In this document: positions 30,623-40,515 of the stretch, piece by piece
Position numbering within the stretch: position 1 is the first letter of the stretch
How the letters are laid out: the number at the start of each line of letters is the position of its first letter
NCBI GenBank assembly: GCA_965198945.1
Contig: CBDAQI010000001.1
Span: forward strand, 224,001 to 288,000
Direction: 5' to 3'
Source of the DNA: Thermodesulfobacteriota bacterium
GTDB taxonomy: Bacteria; Desulfobacterota_D; UBA1144; Nemesobacterales; Mycalebacteriaceae
DNA length: 64,000 bases
Notes under the pieces: model-generated
What the model saw: only the letters and a program-made list of their open reading frames with translations
Databases searched by the model: none
What the model was told of the DNA's origin: nothing
Program-made: the position numbers and the translations under genes

Positions 30623-31840
30623 TCAACCATCTTGTGTCTTTGAGTTTTTTCGCTTCGTGAAGCCAAATGATTTTGCCTGTGGAAGCAAGTTGAATTTTTC
30701 CTCAAACTCTTTTTTGCTCATCATTTCAGGCCATAAAAGGTTGATTTTGATTTCTGTGAAGTCTTCAATTTTCACGGCTTTCAATTCTTCTAATTTCCTC
30801 AAATCCCTAAAGAAAGCCGATTCTGGTTTTTTCAAGCCTTTGTAGATCCCACCAACCTCTTTCCAGAATTCTTCCGTTTCCATACTCACTACAATTTTGT
30901 CGAGCAAGAAATTAAGGATCAATATTTGCCTCTTCGCAATCACCCGTTTTCTGGGACTTTCAAGTTTTCCGAACAATTCATGCATCCTTTCACGGAAAAG
31001 GGATTTGCGAAGATGGAGGGTGATTTCTTCCGCTGCCTTTTTGCAGAGAGTCTTTATTCCTCTCAGGCCGAATTTCAGGAAAGCTGTCAAGTCAGCATTG
31101 TTTTGAGCCGTCTTTCCTAAAACTTCCAGATACTCGGCGTTGTATTCATAGTAGAAGTTGGAAACAGGTATGAAAATTTCTTCCTGAAGCCCCGCCTTGC
31201 GGAGCATAAACGCTTCTCCTGCCCTTGCCATTCTGCCGTTGCCGTCTAAGAAAGGGTGAATTGCTGCAATGTGGTAATGGATTGCAAGGGATTGAATAAG
31301 CGGGTCATGCTCCCGAAATTTTCCCGAAACCGCTTGGTTGAGTTCATTAAAGACTTTTTCACACTCATTTCCTCCTTCCACCCCTCTGTGTTTAGGCAAA
31401 CCGAAAGTTACATTTTGGCCGTTTCTCCGTAATGCCCCCGGCTCGCAGTGGTCGTCATCACAACCTTTTACAATCCGCCCGTGAATCTCTTTTATCAGTT
31501 CACCGCTGAAGGGATAATCAGATGGTAATTCCGTAAGCCATCTGTAAGTCTGCTCCGCGGCTCTCGCCTGTCGCTGAGAGTGCGTCAGCCCATCTTCGGG
31601 AGGGTTTTGTCTCAGAGCCCTGTCAAGTTCTTCTTCAGTGAATTCCGCTCCTTCTATTCTTGAAGTTCCTTCTGCTTCGCGTCTTAATTGTTCCGCTTTC
31701 CACCGTTCGGTATAGTCGCGTGTGCGAGGGAGAAGTTTTAAGGTCTCAACCGCCGCTTTTGCTTCGGCAAGCGGGGTGGAAATTTCCTTGAAATCGTATT
31801 TAATCCAGTCCGCAGGCTGTCTCTATTTTATGACGCTCAT
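30623..31840 (-). pseudogene. Fic family protein with amber stop at codon 6
   Basis: MSVIK*RQPADWIKYD then open frame; TSRIEG inhibitory motif and HPFLDGNGRMAR; 405 codons. Confidence 0.85.
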
Positions 31841-31860
31841 GGTGCGGTCATAAAATAGTT

Positions 31861-31977
31861 CGTTGTCAGTTCATTGTCAACTCATTGGAAAAATTATTGT
31901 TGTGTTTGAGGGTTTTATATCTTGTTCAAGCTATTCCATTGTCAACTCATTGTCAGTTCATTGCAATTTCATTGTTC
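31861..31977. repeat. Two clusters of 11-bp tandem repeats CATTGTCA(A/G)(C/T)T
   Basis: 31861-31887 and 31937-31977. Confidence 0.8.
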
Positions 31978-31999
31978 TACTTTCTGAACTTCCCGAAAT
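31977..31999. repeat. 23-bp direct repeat, copy 2 (3' end of crotonase gene)
   Basis: CTACTTTCTGAACTTCCCGAAAT, includes the stop codon. Confidence 0.85.
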
Positions 32000-32771
32000 C
32001 CACATCGCGTTTTTCAATAAAGGCGTCAACACCCTCTTTTGACTCTTCAGTCAGATGGAAGAGTTCAAGAGAGCTCAAACCCATGCGCGATATGCCGAAA
32101 ATGCTGTCCGTGTCGGCGTTGAAAGAGTATTTTGCCACTTTCAGCGCGGTGGGGCTTTTGGAGAGAATTTCATCACACCATTTGTTAACTTCGTCGCTCA
32201 GCTTCTCAGTCGGCGCAACCGCATTTATAAGTCCCATATCAAGAGCCTCTTTCGCCGTGTATTGACGGCACAAATACCACATCTCCCGCGCCTTTTTCTC
32301 ACCTATAATCCTTGCCAGATAAGCCGTTCCGAATCCGGCGTCCACGCTTCCAACTTTCGGCCCCACCTGCCCGAAAACGGCGTTTTCAGACGCGATCGTC
32401 AAATCACACACCACTTGAAGCACATTTCCGCCGCCGATTGCGTAGCCTTTTACCGCAGCAATGACCGGCTTGGGAATATTGCGTATCAAGTAGTGAAGTT
32501 TAGCCACATATGCGCCCACTCCGAGAAGGTTTTCATTTTCCGTCTTCTTTTTTTTCTTCGCTTTCTGGTCTCCGCCGGTTGAAAACGCCTTGTCGCCCGC
32601 GCCCGTAATAACAACAACCCCGATGGCATTGTCCTTCCACGAGTCAGTAATCGCGTCTATCATTTCACGCAGAGTTTGAGCCCGGAAAGCGTTCATCACC
32701 TGCGGGCGGTTGATTGTAATTACGGCGCGTCCTTTGGATTTTGAGTATTTTATGTCTTCAAACTTCTCCAT
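31977..32771 (-). CDS. Crotonase family, BadI/MenB-like hydrolase
   Basis: AFSTGGDQ, GYAIGGGNVL, GPKVGSVDAGFG, GEKKAREMWYLCRQY. Confidence 0.85.
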   Translation of the reverse strand: MEKFEDIKYSKSKGRAVITINRPQVMNAFRAQTLREMIDAITDSWKDNAIGVVVITGAGDKAFSTGGDQKAKKKKKTENENLLGVGAYVAKLHYLIRNIPKPVIAAVKGYAIGGGNVLQVVCDLTIASENAVFGQVGPKVGSVDAGFGTAYLARIIGEKKAREMWYLCRQYTAKEALDMGLINAVAPTEKLSDEVNKWCDEILSKSPTALKVAKYSFNADTDSIFGISRMGLSSLELFHLTEESKEGVDAFIEKRDVDFGKFRK

Positions 32772-32782
32772 GTTTCCGTCTC

Positions 32783-34252
32783 TTATCCCTTATACCATTT
32801 AGGCGCCGGGCCGCCGTTTGAAATGTTGACCGTTTTCGTCTCAAGATAGTTTTCAAGTCCCTCCGCTCCAAGCTCTTTGCCGAAGCCGCTCTGTTTCAGA
32901 CCGCCATATGGTGTTTGCGGAACAATGCCTCCGTATGTGTTGACCCAGATATACCCCGCTTTGATTTTGCGGGCACACCTCAAGGCTCTGCTTGTGTTGT
33001 TTGTCCAGACCCCTCCTGCAAGGCCGTATTCAGTGTCATTGGCGATTTGCAGCGCCTCCTCTTCGGTTTTGAATTCCATTGCGGCAACCACAGGGCCAAA
33101 AATCTCATTCCGCGCGGCCGTACTTTGCGAATCCACTTTCTCAAGAACGGTCGGCTCAAAAAAATATCCCTTTCCGCGCCGGCGACCGCCGCCGCAGACT
33201 GTTTTTGCACCCTGTTTTACGGCTTCGTCAACGCAGCTCCGCACTTTTTCAAAATGTTCACACGATATCAGCGCCCCCATCTCCGTGCCCGGCAGTTCGG
33301 GGTTGCCGACTTTAATTTTCGCAATTCTTTTCAGGTACGCGTTCATAAAGCCGCAGTAAATTTTTTTGTGCAGAAGAAGTTTTGTAACCGCGGTGCAGTT
33401 TTGTCCCTGATTGAAAAACCCGCCTCTCAGGCAGGCCTCAACCGCCGCTTCCACATCCGCATCTTCAAAAACAATGCACGACGCTTTTCCGCCGAGCTCC
33501 AGAGACACCCGCGTTACGTTGTCCGCCGCATTCTTCATAACCGCTTTTCCCGTTGCGGTTGAGCCCGTAAAGGCAATTTTTTCCACTCCCCGGTGGCGGA
33601 CAAGCGCTTCTCCGACCAGTGAACCGGCGCCGGTAACGACATTAAAAACTCCGGGGGGAAGACCGGCTTTTTGATGGCACAATTTTGCGATTTTTGTTAT
33701 TGCAACGGATGTGAGTTCGGACGGTTTTACAACAACGGTGCATCCTGCCGCGAGAGCGGCCGATATTTTCCAGAATGCGAGCAGAACCGGGAAGTTCCAG
33801 GGCACGATTTGCGCCGCCACCCCGACCGGCTCTTTTATCGTGAAAGATGTCTGATTTGCCGGAACATCAATTGTTTCTCCGCCGATTTTGAGCGCAAGCC
33901 CCGCGAAATATTCAAGGGTTTTTACCGAACCGCCGATTTCAACCAGTTTGCTTTCCCGTATGGGCTTCCCGGTTTCCCGCGTGTTTATGAGCGCGAGTTC
34001 GTCTGAGTTTTTTTCCAGCAAGGCCGCGATTTTGAGCAGAGCCTTTGCTCTTTCGGGAGCCGGGGTGTTTTTCCAAATTTCAAAAGCTCGCCCGGCTGCT
34101 TCCACTGCGACATCAACTTCCGTCTCTGCGCAAAGGGCGACTTTTGCAAACAGTTTTTCCGTGGCCGGATTCTCGCGTGGAAAGTATTGCGCCCCGGAAG
34201 GGACTACCTCACGCCCGTCTATAAAGGGATTGCATTTGATTACCGCAGGCAC
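32783..34252 (-). CDS. Aldehyde dehydrogenase
   Basis: PWNFP, KPSE, FTGS, LELGGK, FFNQGQNC, EIFGP. Confidence 0.96.
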   Translation of the reverse strand: MPAVIKCNPFIDGREVVPSGAQYFPRENPATEKLFAKVALCAETEVDVAVEAAGRAFEIWKNTPAPERAKALLKIAALLEKNSDELALINTRETGKPIRESKLVEIGGSVKTLEYFAGLALKIGGETIDVPANQTSFTIKEPVGVAAQIVPWNFPVLLAFWKISAALAAGCTVVVKPSELTSVAITKIAKLCHQKAGLPPGVFNVVTGAGSLVGEALVRHRGVEKIAFTGSTATGKAVMKNAADNVTRVSLELGGKASCIVFEDADVEAAVEACLRGGFFNQGQNCTAVTKLLLHKKIYCGFMNAYLKRIAKIKVGNPELPGTEMGALISCEHFEKVRSCVDEAVKQGAKTVCGGGRRRGKGYFFEPTVLEKVDSQSTAARNEIFGPVVAAMEFKTEEEALQIANDTEYGLAGGVWTNNTSRALRCARKIKAGYIWVNTYGGIVPQTPYGGLKQSGFGKELGAEGLENYLETKTVNISNGGPAPKWYKG

Positions 34253-34336
34253 TGTTTTTACACCCGGAGATTAGTCTATACTCTATATTCATTAACCGTT
34301 ATATGTAGAAAATAAAACGGTGGGGAGGAATGCGCG

Positions 34337-34771
34337 ATGCCGGATGTTATTGAAGCGGGTGGAAAATGTGTTTGCGGGGCTGTCCGTTTTACCGCAAAAA
34401 GTGTCAGCACGAGTGTTGGGGCATGTCACTGTGGAACTTGCAGAAGTTGGGGCGGCGGTCCTTTTATGGGGGTTAATTGCGGTTCGGACGTGTCTTTTGA
34501 GGGCGGGGAAAATATAAAGGTTTTCAATTCGTCCGACTGGGCGGAGCGCGGTTTTTGCAGAAAGTGCGGGACTCATCTGTTTTACAGAATAAAAAGAAAC
34601 AAACAGCACATAATGCTCGCCGGTCTTTTCGGCGGCGGAGTGCAGTTTGTTTACACCCATCAGGTTTTTATTGATGAGAAACCCGGATTTTATGAGTTTG
34701 CCGACAAAACGGAAAACATGACGGGCGAGGAGTGTTTTGCGAAGTTCGGGGAGGGGGATTGTGAGGAATAA
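34337..34771 (+). CDS. GFA (Mss4-like) family protein
   Basis: CVCG, CHC..C, SSDWAERGFC..CG. Confidence 0.92.
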   Translation: MPDVIEAGGKCVCGAVRFTAKSVSTSVGACHCGTCRSWGGGPFMGVNCGSDVSFEGGENIKVFNSSDWAERGFCRKCGTHLFYRIKRNKQHIMLAGLFGGGVQFVYTHQVFIDEKPGFYEFADKTENMTGEECFAKFGEGDCEE

Positions 34772-34975
34772 CGGCGGAGACTCACAGGCGATTAGGCCGT
34801 TTTAAGGGAATAGAATAATATGCCATTTACTATGGATGGTAATTTGTATTCTGCGGAATGTATGATCTGGTGGAAAAGATATTCGGTGCGCGGGAGAACC
34901 TGTATGAGTAGGGAGCGGGTTGGTGAGACGCACTCTGGCCGCCGGTATGAGAATTAAGGTCAGCTTTCAGTTTTT

Positions 34976-35005
34976 TTGACAACCCGACCTCTTTTTCTGT
35001 AAATT
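34976..35005 (+). promoter_or_regulatory. Candidate sigma70 promoter of bio operon
   Basis: TTGACA-18 nt-TAAATT upstream of GAGGAGG. Confidence 0.45.
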
Positions 35006-35035
35006 AGCCCTGTTTCTTTTGAGGAGGAACTGAAA

Positions 35036-36025
35036 ATTACTCTTATAGACAGCATCTACAAAAAAGTCTTTGAGCGCGGTGAGTGCATGGATTTTGATGA
35101 GGCGCTCGCGCTGACAAAAATTCCCGTATCGGCAATCGGAGAGCTTATGTGTGTCGCCCGCGATGTTACAAAAAAACATCACGGAGACGGCGTTTTCCTG
35201 CGATCGATCATATCCGCACAGACCGGAAACTGTCCCGAAGACTGCTCTTTCTGCTCTCAGTCTGCGCACTATGACACCGATGTTGAAGTCCACCCGCTTA
35301 TGGCGGATGAAAAAATTCTGCAGGCGGCAAAACAGGCTGAAGCAATGGGCGCGATGGATTTTTGCATAGTTATAAGCGCAAAAGGTCCCACACCGCGCAT
35401 TTTCAAGCGAGTTCTCGGAGCCGTTGACCTTCTTAAAAAAGAAACCAATCTCAAGATAGGCTGCTCACTGGGTGAACTTACCGAAGAGCAGGCGGTTTTG
35501 CTCAAAGAGCACGGAGTCTGGAGATACAATCACAACATTGAGGCCTGCAGAAGCCATTTTCCAAACATTGTTACCACGCACACATATGATGACAGAGTCC
35601 GGACGGCAAAGATTGTGAAAAAAGTCGGTATGAACCTTTGTTCGGGGGGAATTCTCGGAATGGGCGAGACTACGCGCCAGAGGGTTGAATTCGCTTTTGA
35701 AATACGCGAGCTTGACCCGAACTGGGTTCCGATCAACTTCCTCAACCCGCGTCCGGGAACGCCGTTTTCAAATTTTGAACCGGTTCAGCCGCTTGAAGCG
35801 GTGAGGATGATTTCCATCTGGCGCCTTGTTCTTCCCGATAAAATACTCATGATTTCAGGCGGCAGAGAGGTAACGCTCAGAGACCTTCAGTCAATGGGGG
35901 TGTTTGCGGGCGCAAACGCGATGATAGTCGGCAACTATCTTACAACGCCGGGCAGGTCTCCCGAAGAAGACCTCAAAATGCTTGAAGACCTCCAGATGCC
36001 CGTTCGCACAGACATACCAAACTGA
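35036..36025 (+). CDS. bioB: Biotin synthase (probable ATT start; first ATG 35087)
   Basis: CPEDCSFCSQS, YNHNIE, CSGGILGMGE, PINFL, GNYLTT. Confidence 0.96.
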   Translation: MTLIDSIYKKVFERGECMDFDEALALTKIPVSAIGELMCVARDVTKKHHGDGVFLRSIISAQTGNCPEDCSFCSQSAHYDTDVEVHPLMADEKILQAAKQAEAMGAMDFCIVISAKGPTPRIFKRVLGAVDLLKKETNLKIGCSLGELTEEQAVLLKEHGVWRYNHNIEACRSHFPNIVTTHTYDDRVRTAKIVKKVGMNLCSGGILGMGETTRQRVEFAFEIRELDPNWVPINFLNPRPGTPFSNFEPVQPLEAVRMISIWRLVLPDKILMISGGREVTLRDLQSMGVFAGANAMIVGNYLTTPGRSPEEDLKMLEDLQMPVRTDIPN

Positions 36026-36050
36026 AAAACCCCGCGGGCGTCTTCATAGA

Positions 36051-37388
36051 ATGGCCGACAGACGCAGAAATATCTGGCACCCCTTCACCCAGATGAAAGA
36101 ACATGAGGAGGGCAAACCGCCGCTTATGATAGAAGGCGGCGAAGGTTCATACCTCATAGATTCCGAAGGCAACCGGTACATAGACGGTGTTTCCTCATTG
36201 TGGGTCAACATTCACGGACACGGTGTGGACGAAATAGAGTCCGCCATTAAAAGCCAGCTGGACAGCATAGGGCACAGCACTTTGCTTGGCCTCTCAAACC
36301 CCGCCGCCGAAGAGCTTGCGGAACAACTCATTAAAAATGCACCGTCCGGTCTTACCAAGGTTTTCTTTTCAGGCGACGGGGCGTCAGCCGTTGAAGTGGC
36401 GATTAAAATGGCCTTTCAGTATTGGAAAAACAAAGGAGAAACCCGCAAAACAAAGTTCATCTCGCTTGAAAACGGCTATCATGGAGACACCCTGGGAGCG
36501 GTTTCAGTCGGGGGAATAGATATGTTTCATTCCGCTTTCAAACCGCTTCTGTTTGAGTCTTTCAAAGCCCCCTCATACTACTGTTACAGGTGTCCGCTCT
36601 CAAAAACATATCCTTCGTGCGGGACTGCCTGCGCCGGTGAAGTTGAAAAAATTTGCGCCGCCCATCCGGGCGAAATTGCGGCGATAATAGTTGAGCCATA
36701 TGTTCAGGCCGCGGGCGGGATGATTGTGTCGCCTCCAAATTATCTGGAAAAAGTCAGAGAGATTGCGGACAGTCAAGATGTTTTGCTCATAACGGACGAG
36801 GTGGCCACGGGATTTGGCCGAACCGGTAAGATGTTTGCCTGTGAGCATGACGGGGTCTGTCCCGATATGATGGTTCTCGGAAAAGGACTCACGGGCGGAT
36901 ATACGGCTCTTTCCGCAACGCTCACAACCGAGCGGATATACGAAGCCTTTCTCGGTGACTACGAAGAGTTCAAAACTTTCTTTCACGGGCACAGTTATTC
37001 GGGCAATCCGCTCGCATGCGCGGCCGGAATTGGAAATTTCAAAGCTTTTGAAAACAGGAAGACGCTTGAAAAACTGCCTGAAAAGATTGAGTTTTTTGAG
37101 AATGAGCTCAAAGAGTTCAACTCAATTGATAATGTGGGAGATGTCCGCAACAAGGGTCTCATGGCGGGGATTGAGCTTGTTCGTGACAAACACACAAAAG
37201 AAAAATATTCCGCGGGAGAAAAAATGGGGTGGAAGGTTGCTGAAAAGGCGATGGGTTACGGTGCTCTGCTCCGCCCGCTCGGTGATGTCGTGGTGCTGAT
37301 GCCCCCGGTCGGGATTGAAATGGAAGATTTGAAGAAACTGATGAAAGCGACATTCAGGGCGGTCAGAGAAGTTTGTGAGGAAAGCTGA
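36051..37388 (+). CDS. bioA: Adenosylmethionine-8-amino-7-oxononanoate transaminase
   Basis: IWHPFTQ, SSLWVN.HGH, YHGDT.G, DEVATGFGRTG, GKGLTGG. Confidence 0.96.
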   Translation: MADRRRNIWHPFTQMKEHEEGKPPLMIEGGEGSYLIDSEGNRYIDGVSSLWVNIHGHGVDEIESAIKSQLDSIGHSTLLGLSNPAAEELAEQLIKNAPSGLTKVFFSGDGASAVEVAIKMAFQYWKNKGETRKTKFISLENGYHGDTLGAVSVGGIDMFHSAFKPLLFESFKAPSYYCYRCPLSKTYPSCGTACAGEVEKICAAHPGEIAAIIVEPYVQAAGGMIVSPPNYLEKVREIADSQDVLLITDEVATGFGRTGKMFACEHDGVCPDMMVLGKGLTGGYTALSATLTTERIYEAFLGDYEEFKTFFHGHSYSGNPLACAAGIGNFKAFENRKTLEKLPEKIEFFENELKEFNSIDNVGDVRNKGLMAGIELVRDKHTKEKYSAGEKMGWKVAEKAMGYGALLRPLGDVVVLMPPVGIEMEDLKKLMKATFRAVREVCEES

Positions 37389-37465
37389 TTTGAACTCCGC
37401 CGCCGCTTCATTTAGATTTTCCTTAAAATAAGCCGTAAAAACTGCCGCTTATTCATTTATGGGCC

Positions 37466-38335
37466 ATGGGCAAAACCGCACAAAATACAAAAACCTGTGT
37501 TTCCACCAGAAAAAGGGGTGTGGAACGCCTCATAGATACTCCCTACACGGGGATAAATTCTTCGGAATATCAGATTGAGAAACGCAGACTTCAATATGGG
37601 CTTCTGAAAATTCAGCAGGATGTCGTAAAAAAAAACCGCCGCCTGGCAATTCTGTTTGAGGGTAGAGACGCGGCCGGCAAGGGCGCAACAATAAAGCGTT
37701 TTGCCGAGTATCTGATGCCCAAGCATTACAGGATAGTGGAGCTTGGAGTGCCCACTCCTAAAGAATCCAAAAACTGGTTTCACCGTTATGAAAAAGAGTT
37801 GCCGCACGATCAGGAAATTGTTTTTTTTGATCGCTCATGGTATACGCGCGCGCTTGTGGAGCCTACTATGGGTTACTGCACAGAGTCGCAATACAAGTAT
37901 TTTATGAAAAAAGTTCTAAAGTGGGAAGAGGGCCTTATGAGGCGGGGGCTTGAAATAGTGAAATTTTATCTCTCAGTTGACATTAGAACCCAGTTGATAA
38001 GGTTCAACGAGAGAATGCGCGACCCGCTGAAATTCTGGAAGCTTTCCGAAAATGACCTCAAGGCGAGAAAAAAATGGCAGCGTTTTTCGGCTTATAAAGA
38101 GCAGATGTTTGCACGAACTTCCTCCGAATTGTCGCCCTGGGTTGTTGTAAATTCAAATTCCAAACGCGAAGCGGTTTTGACCTGTATGCTTTATATGACT
38201 TCTCTTAACAATAAAGACTTTACTCCGCTTACGGGTGAGTTGATGCAAACCCAGTATGAAATAAATCTGAAGGGAGTTACTTTCAAAGGATTGAGCGCTC
38301 AGCAGTATGCGGTTATTGCGAGCCTGTCCGAATAA
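37466..38335 (+). CDS. ppk2: Polyphosphate kinase 2
   Basis: FEGRDAAGKG, FDRSWY, R..DPLK.WKLS..D. Confidence 0.94.
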   Translation: MGKTAQNTKTCVSTRKRGVERLIDTPYTGINSSEYQIEKRRLQYGLLKIQQDVVKKNRRLAILFEGRDAAGKGATIKRFAEYLMPKHYRIVELGVPTPKESKNWFHRYEKELPHDQEIVFFDRSWYTRALVEPTMGYCTESQYKYFMKKVLKWEEGLMRRGLEIVKFYLSVDIRTQLIRFNERMRDPLKFWKLSENDLKARKKWQRFSAYKEQMFARTSSELSPWVVVNSNSKREAVLTCMLYMTSLNNKDFTPLTGELMQTQYEINLKGVTFKGLSAQQYAVIASLSE

Positions 38336-38346
38336 GTTAAAAAAAT

Positions 38347-38835
38347 ATGAGCGAACAGGGTTTTCTCAAAGCGACCGGTCTGCCGAAAATGGAGTCCGCC
38401 GGCGGCCTGATTGTAAATTCTTCGGATTTTGTTCTTTTTATTACGAAAAGGGATAAGCTGGACCTCCCCAAAGGCAGGGTTGAGCCCGGAAGTTCATATG
38501 AAGAGACGGCCCTGCGTGAGGTTGTGGAAGAAACTTCAATTGAGCGGGATTTAATAAAAATTTCCAGTCCTCTTTGCCATACATGGCATGTAACTTCTTA
38601 CGGCGCAAAAAAATACATAAAAAAAACCGTTTGGTTTGTCATGGAATACGGCGGCAAAGGCGACAGCCTGCGCCCTCAGCTTGAAGAGGGCATAACGGAA
38701 TGCCACTGGATACATCCGGCAAATTTCAGGCTCTTCCGCACGAAAATGCGTCCCCGCATAGGGTATGTGACAAACTTGTGGAAAAAGGCGTTTTTTGAGA
38801 TAAAAGCTCTAAATATTCCTAAAAAAGCCGTATAG
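38347..38835 (+). CDS. Nudix hydrolase
   Basis: SAGG, LPKG.VE.G....TALREV.EET Nudix box. Confidence 0.9.
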   Translation: MSEQGFLKATGLPKMESAGGLIVNSSDFVLFITKRDKLDLPKGRVEPGSSYEETALREVVEETSIERDLIKISSPLCHTWHVTSYGAKKYIKKTVWFVMEYGGKGDSLRPQLEEGITECHWIHPANFRLFRTKMRPRIGYVTNLWKKAFFEIKALNIPKKAV

Positions 38836-38852
38836 GGTTTTTTTGAATTTTT

Positions 38853-40034
38853 ATGGAACAACTTGGCTGGCTTGACGGTGAACTCTCTTCAATACGCGAA
38901 AAAGGCCTTTTCCGAGAACTCACTGAAATCCGGAGCGGACAGACGCCCGAAGTTTTAATCGGCGGTAAAAAATACATACTTCTCGGCTCAAACGGTTATC
39001 TTGGGCTTTCAACCCATCCCGAAGTGAAAAAAGCCGCCGCCGCAGCGCTTGAAAAATACGGAGCGGGCAGCGGCGGTTCCCGTCTTGTAAGCGGGACAAC
39101 CAACCTTCACCATGAACTTGAGCGGAAGATAGCGGATTTCAAAAAAACGGAAGCCGCGATTGTTTTCAGTTCGGGTTATCTTGCAAATATGGGAACAATT
39201 CAGGCTCTTGCCTCAAAGGGTGATGTAATTTTCAGCGATGAACTGAATCACGCTTCAATCATAGACGGCTGCGGACTTTCCGGCGCAAAAATCAGGGTTT
39301 ACGGGCATTTGGATTTCAATCGTTTGGAAGATTTAATTTCACGGGAAAATTCCGCTTCAAGAAAGCTTATAGTTACAGATACGGTTTTCAGCATGGACGG
39401 AGACCTTGCCGACCTGTCCGTGCTTTGTGAAATTGCCGAAAGGCACGGCTGCGCGCTTATGGTTGACGAGGCGCACGCAACCGGCGTTCTCGGAGAGCGG
39501 GGCAGCGGCGCAACCGAGTATTTCGGTGTTGAAAGCAGGGTTGCCATTACCATGGGAACACTTTCCAAAGCCGTCGGTTCAACCGGCGGATACATAGCCG
39601 GCGACAGGAAACTGATTGAGTTCATAAGAAACAGGGCGAGGAGTTTTATATTTGACACTTCTCCTTCAGCGCCCGCGCTTGCCGCGTCGCTTGCGGCGAT
39701 TGAAATAATAGAAAGGGACACCGCAAGGCGGGCACATCTCCGGGACATGGTGGAGATGTTCAAGGCGGGTCTGGAAAAGACCGGGCTTGATGTTCTTACT
39801 TCGCAGTCGGCAATAGTTCCAGTTCTTATCGGGGAGCCGGATGAGACTATGGAGTTTGCGGCGTTTTTAAGGAAAAACGGTGTTTATACTCCCGCAGTCA
39901 GGCCGCCTTCCGTTCCCGCCGGAAAATGCAGGATAAGGGCTTCAATAATGGCAACGCACGAAAAAAATCATATTGAAAAGGCGTTAAAAGCATTTGAAAA
40001 AGCTGCGGCGCAAGAGGGTCTGAAGGGTTTTTAG
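38853..40034 (+). CDS. bioF: 8-amino-7-oxononanoate synthase
   Basis: SN.YLGL, NHASIIDG, FSMDGD, DEAH, TLSKA, VRPPSVP. Confidence 0.95.
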   Translation: MEQLGWLDGELSSIREKGLFRELTEIRSGQTPEVLIGGKKYILLGSNGYLGLSTHPEVKKAAAAALEKYGAGSGGSRLVSGTTNLHHELERKIADFKKTEAAIVFSSGYLANMGTIQALASKGDVIFSDELNHASIIDGCGLSGAKIRVYGHLDFNRLEDLISRENSASRKLIVTDTVFSMDGDLADLSVLCEIAERHGCALMVDEAHATGVLGERGSGATEYFGVESRVAITMGTLSKAVGSTGGYIAGDRKLIEFIRNRARSFIFDTSPSAPALAASLAAIEIIERDTARRAHLRDMVEMFKAGLEKTGLDVLTSQSAIVPVLIGEPDETMEFAAFLRKNGVYTPAVRPPSVPAGKCRIRASIMATHEKNHIEKALKAFEKAAAQEGLKGF

Positions 40035-40219
40035 TAAAAAAGCGCGTGTGGATAAACATTTCTTTTTCATCCCGTTCATCCCGGCGCCCCTTGATTAATT
40101 CCCGGCCGCCTGTAGTTATTCCTGTTCCCTTTCCGTGATTCCCGCTAAAGCATGTACTTCGTTAAAACTGGGTCGGGAATCTCCCCCTCCCGTCATTCCC
40201 GTGGAAACGGGAATCCAGT

Positions 40220-40319
40220 ATTGTGTTAAAACACATTACGGAAGGTTAGTCGGAACACCAAGGTAGAGTGTTTCATTCTGTTTTTTCTCCGGGGTGCGGA
40301 CATAAATTCGGTTTTTCAT
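40220..40319 (-). pseudogene. GIY-YIG nuclease 5' remnant, copy 1
   Basis: MKNRIYVRTPEKKQNETLYLGVPTNLP*. Confidence 0.6.
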
Positions 40320-40424
40320 TATGGGTTGATTTGTTGTCGCTTTCTCCGCCGGCAGACAACACTGCCTTTGTTGAGTCATTTTCTGCACTTCTCCGTCATT
40401 CCCGTGGAAACGGGAATCCGGTAT

Positions 40425-40515
40425 TGCATTTCAAAACACTTTGCGGAAGGCCAATCGTAACATCAATGCAGAGAGTTCCATTCTGTCTGTTTGCCGAGGT
40501 GCAGACACAGAGTCA
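40425..40515 (-). pseudogene. GIY-YIG nuclease 5' remnant, copy 2
   Basis: LCVCTSANRQNGTLCIDVTIGLPQSV. Confidence 0.55.

Noticed and set aside
17139..31825. Amber (TAG) recoding suggested by two in-frame TAGs
   Set aside because: Core genes (gltP-like, ftsY, yggS, npdG) end in TAG, the two TAGs appear to replace different residues (Gln, Tyr), and no suppressor tRNA or pyl genes are visible
31861..31977. CRISPR array or replication origin
   Set aside because: Units are 11 bp without spacers; no rep gene or DnaA boxes recognised
31977..32771. Assigning the gene symbol menB
   Set aside because: GGNVL and GSVD motifs look closer to BadI and no men genes are adjacent
34772..34960. 45-aa ORF between the GFA gene and bioB
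   Set aside because: Short, no recognisable motif, cannot be supported
34955..35005. BirA operator upstream of bioB
   Set aside because: Only a weak GTCA..TGAC symmetry; better explained as a -35/-10 promoter
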